From a virus (Duplodnaviria > Caudoviricetes): a stretch of DNA of 64,000 nucleotides. Location of the stretch: IMG/VR virus record IMGVR_UViG_2574179762_000001, positions 1-64,000 of that record. One strand, given 5' to 3'. The position numbers and the translations under genes were made by a program. The notes under the pieces are model-generated. The model made no database searches. It saw only the letters and a program-made list of their open reading frames with translations, and was not told the origin of the DNA. Shown here in pieces: positions 19,542 through 29,840 of the stretch. Position 1 is the stretch's first letter. The number at the start of each line of letters is the position of its first letter.

Positions 19542-22500
19542 TTATGCGTCAACGTCGCCACGGATCTGCAGGCGGAAGCTGTCCGACTGGCCCGTTGCAC
19601 TAGATTGCAAAACCGTACGCGCCAACCAGATCGGGTAGTTCGCCGCACCGGTGTTGAACCGCAGCACGTTGCCGGCCGCCCAACCACCACCCCAACCGGC
19701 TGAACGCAGCGTGAAATACGGCTGTCCGGTCGCCGGATTGACCGGAGCGATGTCGGCGTTGACCGAACCCGTGCCGATCTGGCCGACCGACTCGCCGATG
19801 ATGCGGAAGCTGCTGGCATCGGTGAACACCAGCGCCCAGCGCTCCTGGATCGCCGACTTGTCGGTCAGCAGGATCGGGTAGCTGGTCAGGTTGTAGTTCG
19901 AGCTGGGCGAGCCGCCCGACACCGTGTCGGCGAACGCCGAGGCCCAGGTGGGCTGCGTGAAGTTCAGCGACACCCGCGCCTGCAGATCGCCAAAGATCAG
20001 CGCCGAGCTGACCTTCGACTCGGTGGCCGGGTAGGTGTGCGTCAGTTGCTTGGTGAACGCCAGCTTGCCGGTGATCTGCACGTCCGACAGCAGCGCCATG
20101 TCCTCGACGCGGTTCTCGACGTAGATCGGTGCGACCATGCCGGCCGTGCTCACGGTCGGGCCGAACGTCAGCGTGCCGGCGTCCAGGTCGGTCGTGTACA
20201 TCGTCGGGTCCATCACGACCGGGTTCGGCGTGCTGCTGTCGATCACGCGCATCGCGGCGACGCGCACGCGGCCGACATTGACCACCAGGCCGTTGCTCGG
20301 CGTGGCCGCTTGCTTGGCCGTGTGGTGGATGACCGCCACGTAGCCCTTCTGGAAGATCGGCACGCGGCCATCGGACGGCAAGCGCACAGGGTCCAGGCCG
20401 AGGATCGAGCTATCCAGCGGAAGGTAACTGTAGGCGACCGCATTGAACGTGATCGTGTCGGCGAACACCGGGTACGGCTTGAGGATCTTGCCGTCGGTGC
20501 CGACCGCCGCCGCGTTGTACCAGATCGCGCTCTCGTTGCCCGCAGCGGTCACCCGCTGGCCGAAGCGCAGGTTGACCACGCCGGTCTGGTAGTTGACCGA
20601 GCCGAGCACGTTCGTGCCCGTGATGGTGCCGTCGGCGTTGGCTGTTACGGTCGCCGTGCCGCCGGTCAGCGGGCTGTACTGGATCTGCAGCGAGCCGGTC
20701 ACCACCGGCGCCTGCGGGATACGGAAGCTCACGAAGTCCACCGGCTGCCCGGTGACCTTGGTCAGCAGCGACGCAAGCACGATGGCGTTGCTGGCACCAG
20801 GCGTCCAGTTCGTCAGCACCATCTCGCCCGTGGCGTAGTTGATCGTACCGGCCAGGGTGCCCCCGTTCGTGCTCGGGTTGAAGTCCGTGTAGAGCGAACC
20901 GTTGCCGTTGCCGTCGTAGAACGTCTTGCCGCCCCAGGTGAACATCACCGAGCCCGGCACCACTGGCTCGTTGTAGAGGTAGGTCAGGTCACAACCCCAC
21001 TGCGCGAGCGTCACTTGCTGCTGCTGTGCCGTGCCCTGGCTGGTCATGTACTCCACGTCCACCGAACCACTCAGGTCGTTCGGGTAGGTCGCTGCGGCGT
21101 TGTAGTACGTGATGCCGGTCATCGCGTTCTGATAGACCGGCTCGGCAATGTTGATGCCGAAGCCGTTCGCGTTCTTCATGTAGCCAATACGCTGCGATGA
21201 ATACTGCGGCTGCGGCAGGCTGACCGTCATATCCGGCTTGAACGTGATCGTACCGGCCGTGTTGTTCACCGCGCCATTGGGCACAGCCGTGCTGGTGCCG
21301 TCCGCGTTGTAACGCTTCAGGTTGCCAGCGCCGTCGGCCTGCGCGGTGATGTACGGGTCAATCTTGAAGTACTGCATCTGCGCCGGCACCTGCGAGATCA
21401 CGCTGTAGTCGCTGATGACGACGTTCCAGGTGACCTTGGCCGTGCCGGGCACGATGTTCTGGTCGTTCAGCGTCAGGTTCAGGTTGCCGTTGCCGTCGCG
21501 CGCTGGCGCGGTGAAGTGCTGCGTCTTCTTGGCGCCCAGGTTGTAGTTCAGCGTGAACACCGTGCCGCCGGCCGGCACCGCATTGGGCGTCAGACGGATC
21601 TCGTACTGGCCGTTGACCCATCGGATGTAGCCGGTGCCGTCGCCCGAGAATTGCTGCGTGCTCACGTTCAGCGTGGCCGTATTCGTGCCCGACGGCAGCT
21701 TGAGCCAGGTCACGGTCACCGTGCTCATCACCAGTTGCTGCGTGTTGTCGCTCGGCGTGATGAGGAAACTCACGTACGGCGCAAGCGGTGCGGTGTTCGA
21801 GCGGTTGAAATACTGCGGCGCGCTGGCCCAGGCGAACAGAATCGCCGATGAGTCATCCGGCAGGCTGCCCAGCGTCAGCGTCACGTCGCCGGTCGCGTAG
21901 TTGACCGTGCCGACGCCGATGCTCGGGTCGCTACCTTTGAGCGAGCCAATGCTGCCGCCACCCACGTCGGTCAGGGTGTACCAGTTACCCTGCGACATAT
22001 AGGCGACCTGCAGCCGGCGTGGCGCCGGGGCCGGGTACAGCCGCTGCACGAACACGTTGACCCGGTTCGTCTGGTCGATGTCGATGGTAGCGGTGTTCAT
22101 CGCCATGATCGGCACGCCAGCCGGCATCCAGGTCATCGTCACGTTGCCGGTCTGCCCCATGCTCTGCGACAGCAGCACCGTGTTCGTCGCATACGACACC
22201 GTTCCGACCACCACGCCCGACGCCGTGAGCACCAAGTTGCCGGTGCCGTCGTCATTGGTGGGCCCGAACACCAGCGTGCCCGGCTTGATCGCGGTTGGCA
22301 CGTAGATCGTCTGCGGGTAGGAGCCCGACACCGATACAGTCTGCTGCTGCAGCGTGGTGCCCGACTGCACTGCCGGATTGGTGTTGCCGGCCGCGTTCAG
22401 GTTGGTCAGCGGGATCTGCTGCTGCGCGCTCGGTACCAGTTGCGAGAAGATCGTGCTGGCCGTCACCGACACGTCGCCGGGGTTGGCCTGCTGCGTCAGC

Positions 22501-23207
22501 GGCGCCACGCCGTAATAGTTGGCCGCGTTGGCGACGATGGTGTCGCGGCAGATCGCCTGGTTGGACGCCGTGGTGTCGTAGGGGCTCGGATCGGGGCCGT
22601 TGAACGTGTAGAGCAACTGGGAGCTGATCGTGCAGGTCACCATCACGCCGGTCCACTTGTAGCCCGACGGCAGTGTGAACTCACGGTTGACGCTGGTCAC
22701 GGTCTGCACGCGCACGTACTGGCTGAACTCGGTGGTCAGGCCCTCGTTCTGCACCAGGACCAGCGTTTGTCCGACCTTGGGCGTAGCATCGCCGATCTTC
22801 AGCAGCAACTGGATGCTGCGCTGGCCTTGCAACTGATTGCCGAGCAGTTGGCCCGGCCACTTCACCGACTTCGCCAGGTACGACTGCACGTTGTTGGCCG
22901 CGTCGCTGCGGTGGTCGGTCCAGCTCTTGGTGCTGAACATCGTCACCGACACGCTGGGGTCGTCAGGTGCCTTGAGCACGATGGCATGCGCGCCGAGGTA
23001 GGTATCGGTGCCAGTCACCTGCACCGACGGGAAAGCCTTGCGCAGCGAGATCCGGCCGTACGTGCGGTCCAGCTCCGACACGTCGGGGAACAGGTTGTTC
23101 GAGGCACCGTCGACAACCTCGTTCGCCGTGATCCGCCCGCCACCGTTATCAGTGTCAAGCAGAACCTCGGACTGCATTAGTTTGATGTCGCCGGATTGGA
23201 TGGGCAC
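19542..23207 (-). CDS. large tail/central fibre protein
   Basis: 1221 aa; NNLFPDVSELDR; repeated G.VNY.TG units. Confidence 0.75.
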   Translation of the reverse strand: MPIQSGDIKLMQSEVLLDTDNGGGRITANEVVDGASNNLFPDVSELDRTYGRISLRKAFPSVQVTGTDTYLGAHAIVLKAPDDPSVSVTMFSTKSWTDHRSDAANNVQSYLAKSVKWPGQLLGNQLQGQRSIQLLLKIGDATPKVGQTLVLVQNEGLTTEFSQYVRVQTVTSVNREFTLPSGYKWTGVMVTCTISSQLLYTFNGPDPSPYDTTASNQAICRDTIVANAANYYGVAPLTQQANPGDVSVTASTIFSQLVPSAQQQIPLTNLNAAGNTNPAVQSGTTLQQQTVSVSGSYPQTIYVPTAIKPGTLVFGPTNDDGTGNLVLTASGVVVGTVSYATNTVLLSQSMGQTGNVTMTWMPAGVPIMAMNTATIDIDQTNRVNVFVQRLYPAPAPRRLQVAYMSQGNWYTLTDVGGGSIGSLKGSDPSIGVGTVNYATGDVTLTLGSLPDDSSAILFAWASAPQYFNRSNTAPLAPYVSFLITPSDNTQQLVMSTVTVTWLKLPSGTNTATLNVSTQQFSGDGTGYIRWVNGQYEIRLTPNAVPAGGTVFTLNYNLGAKKTQHFTAPARDGNGNLNLTLNDQNIVPGTAKVTWNVVISDYSVISQVPAQMQYFKIDPYITAQADGAGNLKRYNADGTSTAVPNGAVNNTAGTITFKPDMTVSLPQPQYSSQRIGYMKNANGFGINIAEPVYQNAMTGITYYNAAATYPNDLSGSVDVEYMTSQGTAQQQQVTLAQWGCDLTYLYNEPVVPGSVMFTWGGKTFYDGNGNGSLYTDFNPSTNGGTLAGTINYATGEMVLTNWTPGASNAIVLASLLTKVTGQPVDFVSFRIPQAPVVTGSLQIQYSPLTGGTATVTANADGTITGTNVLGSVNYQTGVVNLRFGQRVTAAGNESAIWYNAAAVGTDGKILKPYPVFADTITFNAVAYSYLPLDSSILGLDPVRLPSDGRVPIFQKGYVAVIHHTAKQAATPSNGLVVNVGRVRVAAMRVIDSSTPNPVVMDPTMYTTDLDAGTLTFGPTVSTAGMVAPIYVENRVEDMALLSDVQITGKLAFTKQLTHTYPATESKVSSALIFGDLQARVSLNFTQPTWASAFADTVSGGSPSSNYNLTSYPILLTDKSAIQERWALVFTDASSFRIIGESVGQIGTGSVNADIAPVNPATGQPYFTLRSAGWGGGWAAGNVLRFNTGAANYPIWLARTVLQSSATGQSDSFRLQIRGDVDA

Positions 23208-23606
23208 TTAAATCTCCATTAGCCGCAGGGTGGCGAGGTAGAAGTCCGCGTCAACCACGTCGCTGTAGTGGACGACCGGGTGGGCTTCGAGCCCGGCGCC
23301 GTCGTGGTGCCGGAAAATCACCAGGCGAGCCTGCCCGCGCAGTGTAAGAGTCATCTGCTGTCCGGCGACTGCGGCCCAATTTCGCAATTGGTCGATCACG
23401 TCCCGGTTCATCCAGCCGCTCGCGTCGTCCGCCGGCTCCAGGGTGATCGGGCGGCCGGCGATGCGGGTGGCGGCGCTGACAATGAGCGCCCCGGTGATCG
23501 TGCGCTGCGCAGTCTGCTCGACCGGCGCCCACATGTTCTCGTCCGACCAGTACAAGTCAGGCGACAGGTCGACGGACGTGGCGCCGACCGCCAGGGTGAT
23601 GCTCAT
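23208..23606 (-). CDS. distal tail-like protein
   Basis: Directly follows tape measure; GRPITL motif. Confidence 0.65.
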   Translation of the reverse strand: MSITLAVGATSVDLSPDLYWSDENMWAPVEQTAQRTITGALIVSAATRIAGRPITLEPADDASGWMNRDVIDQLRNWAAVAGQQMTLTLRGQARLVIFRHHDGAGLEAHPVVHYSDVVDADFYLATLRLMEI

Positions 23607-26600
23607 GTGTTGGACCTCCCCGAGAGGCTTTCGAGTTGCCGCATGACTGCGGTCAGGTTTTGCGCGTCACCATCGCTTGCGACGTTGACGGGGGTATTCT
23701 TGCCGTTCAGGTTGATATTGACGGTCTTGGCGGCAGCCGCCTTCGGAGTGCCGGCATCCTGCTTCTTCTGCAGCCCTTGCACGGTTTCGAGGATGTTGCG
23801 AGACTGGTTGTATGCCGTCTCGATGCTGCGGATACCCTCGAAGCTGTAGATACCCTTGCCGCTGTACTGCTGCATCACGTTGCGGTTGAAGTTGGCTGCG
23901 TCGAACGCGGCCTGCGCCGTCTTCAGGTCATCCGCGCCGAGCGTGCCGCGGGTCTGCTTCTCCACGAGCGACGCAATGGCGTCGTTCTGCGAGGCAGTCA
24001 CCATGTGAGGGTTCGCGTTGCCGCCGCCCTGGCGCGAGCCGCCTGCCGCGTCAACGCGCTGTGCGTTCGTCGCCTCGGTGTTGCGCATGCGGATGGCGTC
24101 GATTTCCAGTTGCAACTGCCGCACTTGTTCCTCGCCAGCCTGCGCCTCCTGGAGCTTGGCCTGAGCATTGCGGATGCGCAGTTCGATCTCCTGCTGCTTG
24201 GCCGGCGTCAGTTGACCGGTCGCGTCCAGGGCGGTGCGATCCGCCTCGGCAGCCGCGATGGTCTGTTTCGTCTCGACCTCGACCGCCTCAATGTGCTTGC
24301 GCACCCCGTCGATCTGGATCTGCTTCTGGCGGATCTGGTACTCCTGCGCCTCGCCGATACGCCCGTACATCAGGGCTTGCTGCTCCATCGTCTTGTAGTG
24401 CGCGAGGTTTGCGCGGATGCCGATCTCCGTCTCAGCGGCGTCCTGGCGCAGAACGGCGACCTTGCGCTCGGCCGAACGGGCGGTGTCCGACAGGGCATCC
24501 CGGTACAGACCCTCGGCGTAGGCAGCGTCGGCGGCGGCCTTGGCGACGTTCGCGTGCGACTCGGCAGTGTCGACCTCCTGCGACCGCATCCGGGACAGTT
24601 CGGAAGCGGCTGCCTCGGCGGCGGTCTTTAGTTCCCCCAAGCGCGCAGCGTTGTCCTTGTACGTCTCAGCGGCCAGGCGCCGGGCCTGCGTCTCGATCGC
24701 TGCGGCGTCTCCGGCCACCTTCGCGCGCTCGGCTTCGGCGGTTTTCTTGTCGATCAGGTCTTGCAGGGTCTTGATCTGCTCCTTCTGGTCGTCGCGCAGT
24801 TTCTCGGACCCGCCAGCAGCGATAATCAGGGACTCGGCCTGCGCCTTGAGGTAGATCACCTCCTGCTGGCGTGCTGCTGAGAGCCGCTGCAGCGCGACTT
24901 CATCACCCTCCGCAGCGCGCACTGCCACCTGCCGCATCTCGATCTCGTTGCCGGCGATGTGGGCCAGTTGCACGGCAGCCTCGCCCTCGTGCTTCTTCGC
25001 TTGGGCGAGCTTTTCCGAGATGAGCGTATTGGCCTCAGCCTGCTTGTTCACGTCGACGTAAGCAGCCTGAATCGCGTACCAGCCCTGTGCCGCGCCGGCG
25101 GCCTGCTGCCCCGCCTGAACAGCGGCCGAGCCCGCTCCAGATTGGGCTTGTGCGTTCCCGCCGGCAGCCGCAGCGGCGTCGGTGTGGGCCTTGGCGTTCG
25201 CGGCCATGCCAGTCGCTGCCCCCTGCGCCTGCGAGCCGGCCTGCTGTGCCGCCGTACCCACCTTGCGCTGCGAGTCCGCCACCTGGTCGCCACCGCCGGC
25301 TAGTTGCTCCAGGGCGCGGCCGAGCTTCGCCTGCCGGTCGATCATCTGATCGAACAGCACGCCCGATTCTTTGTACGCACCCTTGATGTCGCCGTTGATG
25401 ACCCCCGCGGTGAGAGTCGCAGTCTGTTTGACCGCCGTGAACACCAGGTCGAGCGTCGTCGAGACACCCATCATCACCGAGCCGGCCACCACCCCGAGGG
25501 CACGCAGCGCGGTCGTCAGGACCGTCATCGCCCCGGTGTCGCCGATGGTCTGCGACGCGAGGGTCATCGTGTTCTTCAGGCGCGCCCACGTCGCCTGGAA
25601 CCCCTCGACGTCCTCGGTACCCTTGGCCATCGTCTTGGTCAACTGCTCAGCAAGGGCGGGCAGCATGTCGGCGGCCATGATCTGACCGGCCTCAGTCATC
25701 TTGGTCAGTTGCTTGACCGACAGGCCCATGCCGTCGGCAGCCACCTTCAGCGCGCCGGGTAGGCTGTCGCCGAGCTGCTGCCGCAGTTCTTCCATCGACA
25801 CGGTACCCTTGCCGGCCATCTGCGAAAGGGCTTCCAGTGCCAGGGCGGCGCGCTCGCTCCCCTGCCCCATCTGGCCTGTTGCGCGGATGACTGCGGCGAA
25901 CACAGCCTCGGTCGTGCTGGCCGCGATGCCGGCCTGCTGCATTGACACCGAGAAGCGCAGATAGGAATTGGAGATCTCGCCGACGGCGATGCCCGACTTG
26001 TTCGCCGTCTCGCGCAGGAACTCGATCTGCCTGGCAGCTTCCGTGAGGCTGCCCGTCGTGATGGCGAGAGTGCGGCGCATCGACTCCAGTTGGGTGTTCG
26101 CGTCGAGGAACCGCTTTGCGAGCTCGAACGTGCCGTAGGCCGCGCCCAGTTGCTTGATCCCATCAGCCACCCACTTCGTCGCGCCCCCCGTCTTGGTGGC
26201 GGCCTCGCTGGTGTCCTCCAGCGACTTCTTCAGTTCCTCGATGCGGCGCTTACCGGATGTGAACGCGCGATCGAACTCCTCGCCAGACACCGAAGCGTCG
26301 TTCGCCAGCAGGTGCAGGGCCGCAGTGACCCGATCAATCTCCAGCCGCACTGATTGCGCAGACCGCACGCCGGTCACGGCAAACGCATCATCGAGCGCCT
26401 TACGCGCCTGCGCGGAGCTCTGAACGAACTGCTGGTACCGCTGCTCCGTAGCGATCTTGGCGTCGGTGGCCTGCTTCGCCAAGGCTTGAGACTCGGCGTA
26501 CTGGCGCCGCTCGGCATCCAGTTGCTCGCGCGCTGCGGCTCCCAGCTTATAGCGGTTGTTGATCTGTAGAGTGGTCAGGCGATCTTCTTCAGCCAGGGCG

Positions 26601-27403
26601 GCGCGCTTACGCTCTGCGGCGTCTGCTTCAGCCTGGCGCAGCGCGACCACGGCGGCCTGCTGCTGCTCGATCGCACCGACCGTCTCCGCGAACGCGCGCC
26701 CGAGCGTGCCCTGCGCCTGCGCCATGTCCTCTGTAGCGACGCCGGCGGCCTGCAGCGCCTCGCGCGACTCACTCAGCGCGGCGGTGCGGCGGGTGAGCTC
26801 CTTCGTCGCGGCAGCGGCCTCGGCGTTGGCGAGCTTCGACTGCGACGCCAGTTGCTTCTCGCCTTCGGCGGCATCACGGGCAGCCTGGTGCGCTGCCTGC
26901 ATCGCGGCGCGCTTCTCGTTCAGCGCGGCGCGTGCATCAAGCACGGCCAGTTGCGCGTCCTTCACCGCCAGTTTGTACTCGGCTTCGGTTTTGGCAGCGT
27001 CGTCGGTCGTAACCTTGAGCCGGGCCAGCGCGTCGCGCTTGGCGGCGAGATCCTGCTGCGCCGCACGCACTTCTACCGTGGCCTGCTGCTCGGCTTCCTT
27101 GAACTTGGCGGTCGTGCCAGCCAGGTCGGACAGTTCCTTGCCAAGCGCGCCTGCGGCGTCTTTCGCCTTCTGCTGGTCCGTCGCCAGTTCGTCGACGGCA
27201 ACCTTCAGTTCGGTGAAGGTTTCGATCGCGGCCTGTTGGCCCGCGAGCTTGTCGATCTCGGCCGCCAGCTTCTCAAATTCGGGCGCAGCGTCCCCACCCT
27301 GCTTTGCAAGGTCGTGAACGATGCCGGACAGCTTTCGGATTTCCTCGCCGCCAACCGTTGTGGCAGTAACCTGGAGGGAAACGTCGCGGTTATTATCTGC
27401 CAT
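23603..27403 (-). CDS. tape measure protein
   Basis: 1266 aa Ala-rich coiled coil; QMAGKGTVSMEELRQQLGD. Confidence 0.92.
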   Translation of the reverse strand: MADNNRDVSLQVTATTVGGEEIRKLSGIVHDLAKQGGDAAPEFEKLAAEIDKLAGQQAAIETFTELKVAVDELATDQQKAKDAAGALGKELSDLAGTTAKFKEAEQQATVEVRAAQQDLAAKRDALARLKVTTDDAAKTEAEYKLAVKDAQLAVLDARAALNEKRAAMQAAHQAARDAAEGEKQLASQSKLANAEAAAATKELTRRTAALSESREALQAAGVATEDMAQAQGTLGRAFAETVGAIEQQQAAVVALRQAEADAAERKRAALAEEDRLTTLQINNRYKLGAAAREQLDAERRQYAESQALAKQATDAKIATEQRYQQFVQSSAQARKALDDAFAVTGVRSAQSVRLEIDRVTAALHLLANDASVSGEEFDRAFTSGKRRIEELKKSLEDTSEAATKTGGATKWVADGIKQLGAAYGTFELAKRFLDANTQLESMRRTLAITTGSLTEAARQIEFLRETANKSGIAVGEISNSYLRFSVSMQQAGIAASTTEAVFAAVIRATGQMGQGSERAALALEALSQMAGKGTVSMEELRQQLGDSLPGALKVAADGMGLSVKQLTKMTEAGQIMAADMLPALAEQLTKTMAKGTEDVEGFQATWARLKNTMTLASQTIGDTGAMTVLTTALRALGVVAGSVMMGVSTTLDLVFTAVKQTATLTAGVINGDIKGAYKESGVLFDQMIDRQAKLGRALEQLAGGGDQVADSQRKVGTAAQQAGSQAQGAATGMAANAKAHTDAAAAAGGNAQAQSGAGSAAVQAGQQAAGAAQGWYAIQAAYVDVNKQAEANTLISEKLAQAKKHEGEAAVQLAHIAGNEIEMRQVAVRAAEGDEVALQRLSAARQQEVIYLKAQAESLIIAAGGSEKLRDDQKEQIKTLQDLIDKKTAEAERAKVAGDAAAIETQARRLAAETYKDNAARLGELKTAAEAAASELSRMRSQEVDTAESHANVAKAAADAAYAEGLYRDALSDTARSAERKVAVLRQDAAETEIGIRANLAHYKTMEQQALMYGRIGEAQEYQIRQKQIQIDGVRKHIEAVEVETKQTIAAAEADRTALDATGQLTPAKQQEIELRIRNAQAKLQEAQAGEEQVRQLQLEIDAIRMRNTEATNAQRVDAAGGSRQGGGNANPHMVTASQNDAIASLVEKQTRGTLGADDLKTAQAAFDAANFNRNVMQQYSGKGIYSFEGIRSIETAYNQSRNILETVQGLQKKQDAGTPKAAAAKTVNINLNGKNTPVNVASDGDAQNLTAVMRQLESLSGRSNT

Positions 27404-27502
27404 GTGGGCCCTACGCGAGATGTGGAGTGGTGACAGGGGAGCGTCAGCGCCCTCCCCTGAGCACCCCGGCAGCGAACGCGCCGGGGCGAGCGCAGCGCGC
27501 TA

Positions 27503-28270
27503 TTAGGCGGCGCTGTCGAGCAGCTTGACGGTGTACGGCTCGGTCTTGCCCACCGGAGTCTTCAGACGACCCGGCAGATTGACGGTGGCGAAGTCGTTCT
27601 GCAGGAAGTCGAACGCGGAGTTCGATGCGATCACGGCTTCGTACACGTCAACGATCACCGGCAGGTTGTCGGCGAAGTTGATGCCATCCAGGCGCAGGCG
27701 AGCGCGGATCTGCGCATTGGTCGAGCCGCGGATCAGCGTGCCGGTCACGGCGTTGGTATTGCCGGTAACCTTCAGCGCCTGAGCGTCGGTGATGGCACCG
27801 CCAACCAGCGCGCGAATCCAGCCCATGCGCCAGTTCACTTCGTAGTCGGTACCGAGCACGTAGGTGGTCGAGCCGGCGGTGTTCTTCACCAGGAAGCCGG
27901 CCTGCTGGAAGTTCTGCTTCGACAGTTCCACCCAGGCGCCGAGTTTGGCGGTGATCGCTTCGTCAGCGATGCTGCCTGCGGCGGTGTTGATGTCGCTGTC
28001 AGTACCGAGCAGCGCAGTCGTCAGACCTTCGCGGTTCACCTCCGCCAGTTCCAGGGTGAACTCGGTCGGCTTCGGGAGCGTGACGGTTTCGAGAATCTGA
28101 CCGTAGGTGTTACGACCGCGGGACGTGTTGTCCTTGATGTCGACGGCAGGCTTGATCTCGAACTTCTTCGCCTCATACGGGCCCTTGAAGGGGTCAAATA
28201 TAGCGGAGGTGGTGTTGTAGCGCGCGATGTAAAGGTCGCCAGCGCCGATAAAGCCACGAGCTGCGGACAT
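27503..28270 (-). CDS. major tail tube protein
   Basis: GFIGAGDLYI N-terminus; position before tape measure. Confidence 0.75.
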   Translation of the reverse strand: MSAARGFIGAGDLYIARYNTTSAIFDPFKGPYEAKKFEIKPAVDIKDNTSRGRNTYGQILETVTLPKPTEFTLELAEVNREGLTTALLGTDSDINTAAGSIADEAITAKLGAWVELSKQNFQQAGFLVKNTAGSTTYVLGTDYEVNWRMGWIRALVGGAITDAQALKVTGNTNAVTGTLIRGSTNAQIRARLRLDGINFADNLPVIVDVYEAVIASNSAFDFLQNDFATVNLPGRLKTPVGKTEPYTVKLLDSAA

Positions 28271-28337
28271 AAATGTTCTCCAGAGAGTTGGGCCAGCACT
28301 GGCACGTCAGCACTATGGCGATTCGCAGCGTGCCGTG

Positions 28338-28354
28338 CCTGCGGATGAATTTCG
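28338..28354 (-). promoter_or_regulatory. putative late-promoter activator site (major tail)
   Basis: CCTGCGG-ATG-AATTTCG; CATAGT 20 nt downstream on the minus strand. Confidence 0.65.
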
Positions 28355-28807
28355 TTAAGGGCTCGTCAGATCCTCGACGTAGAGCACGTCAATATGGATG
28401 CCTGCGAATACGGTGGGTGCTCCGTCCTCGCGGGCACCGATCACACGCCCCTTGTAAGTCATGCCCTTTGCTTTGCCATTCAGGCGCATCCCGTGTTTCG
28501 GCTCGCCGGTGAAAATGGCACGCTTCAGGTCCGCAATGACCAGGTGCGCGGCGTCATTCGGGTGATCCGGGTCGCATTCGGTATGCGCCTCGAACACGTA
28601 CCGCTGGCTTACCACCATTGCAGTCAATGCGTCGTCCTGCGGCGTGTCGTTGCCTTCGACCAGCACCAGGCACGGCAAGTCTTCCTCGCTGAACGCGCGC
28701 TTCCCGCGGAACACCCGCTGGCCGATGTCGGTGTTGAACCCGTTCGCCTTCGTGATCCGGGCGACGCGGTTGCTAAGTTCGAGCGCGATGTCGCTTGCCT
28801 TACTCAT
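28355..28807 (-). CDS. tail terminator-like protein
   Basis: ITKANGFNTDIG motif; position. Confidence 0.7.
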   Translation of the reverse strand: MSKASDIALELSNRVARITKANGFNTDIGQRVFRGKRAFSEEDLPCLVLVEGNDTPQDDALTAMVVSQRYVFEAHTECDPDHPNDAAHLVIADLKRAIFTGEPKHGMRLNGKAKGMTYKGRVIGAREDGAPTVFAGIHIDVLYVEDLTSP

Positions 28808-29528
28808 TTCCAAGAGCCTTTTTCAGTTCGTCTGCCGTGAGCGTGACCACCGTCTTTCCGAGGCGGTCCGCAACGTCGTTCAGGAACGTCTCGTCCAGTG
28901 CCGCACGGAACAACTGATAGACGGACGGGCCATACAGCGCCTTCAGGTCGCCCCGCTTCTTCCCGGAGGTGCCGGGCTTGCGTGTCATCACGAGCAGGTT
29001 GCCGCTGCGCCCCCGGACGAAGAACGACTGCACGCTGGTGATTGGCTTGCGCCCGCCGCGCGTGACCTCGACCGAGATCCCGTCCTGCTTCATGCCGACC
29101 GGAATGCCGAGCGCCGGGTTGCCCACGCGGAGCTTCCACGGCAGCAGCGAACCGGCCTTGCGGGGGTTGCGCCCCATCTTCCCGGGCGCGATTGAGTCGT
29201 TCGAGAACTTGACGGGCCGCGTCAACTGCTGCGCGCCGTACTGCGTCAGCGTCGTCAGGCGCCCGCGCGCGAGGATCCGCGCTGTCGGCTTCGCCGGGTC
29301 GGTGGCCAGCTCGATCGCCATGCGCTCATCGAGATAGCTGTCCGGCAGGTTTATGCCAGCGTTCATCTTCGCTTTGGCGTCGGCGAACGCCGTCTGCACG
29401 ACCGTGTTCACCGCCGTGACAGCCGCGCGGCCGAGCGTGGCATCGTCCAGGCGGGACAGCGAACTGGCAACCTCGTCCAACCTGACGGTATCTACCGTGA
29501 CGGAGAAAGCGGATGAACGGCCAGCCAT
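28800..29528 (-). CDS. lambda Z-like minor tail protein
   Basis: Basic protein ending LYGPSVYQ. Confidence 0.7.
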   Translation of the reverse strand: MAGRSSAFSVTVDTVRLDEVASSLSRLDDATLGRAAVTAVNTVVQTAFADAKAKMNAGINLPDSYLDERMAIELATDPAKPTARILARGRLTTLTQYGAQQLTRPVKFSNDSIAPGKMGRNPRKAGSLLPWKLRVGNPALGIPVGMKQDGISVEVTRGGRKPITSVQSFFVRGRSGNLLVMTRKPGTSGKKRGDLKALYGPSVYQLFRAALDETFLNDVADRLGKTVVTLTADELKKALGNE

Positions 29529-29839
29529 CACGCCCTCCGCAGTACGTAGCGCGCGGTGTAGCCGTTGTCCTCGAACGCTGGGGAGTCGATGAGGTAGGAC
29601 TGGTTTGGAATGGGCACCCCGTCGGCGTCGACAAGGGCCAGTGATTCGTTGCGTTGAGGGCGCAGGGAACGCTGGCATGTCACCACCGCTCGGGCGAACG
29701 ACATCTGCCCGTCCGTACCGACCACCTCAACGTTGAACTCGATGTTGACGCGACACGGATCGGTACCACGCAGAACCGCATCCTCACCCAGTCGAGCGAG
29801 GATGCGGTCCGAGAGGCGTTGGAACGCGCTCAGTGCCAC
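29528..29839 (-). CDS. head-tail joining protein (FII-like)
   Basis: Position after capsid gene; GTG start inferred. Confidence 0.6.
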   Translation of the reverse strand: MALSAFQRLSDRILARLGEDAVLRGTDPCRVNIEFNVEVVGTDGQMSFARAVVTCQRSLRPQRNESLALVDADGVPIPNQSYLIDSPAFEDNGYTARYVLRRA

Positions 29840-29840
29840 G

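Noticed and set aside
12080-23207. Diversity-generating retroelement or invertible tail-fibre switch
   Set aside because: No reverse transcriptase or invertase; repeats between paralogs do not show adenine-specific differences.
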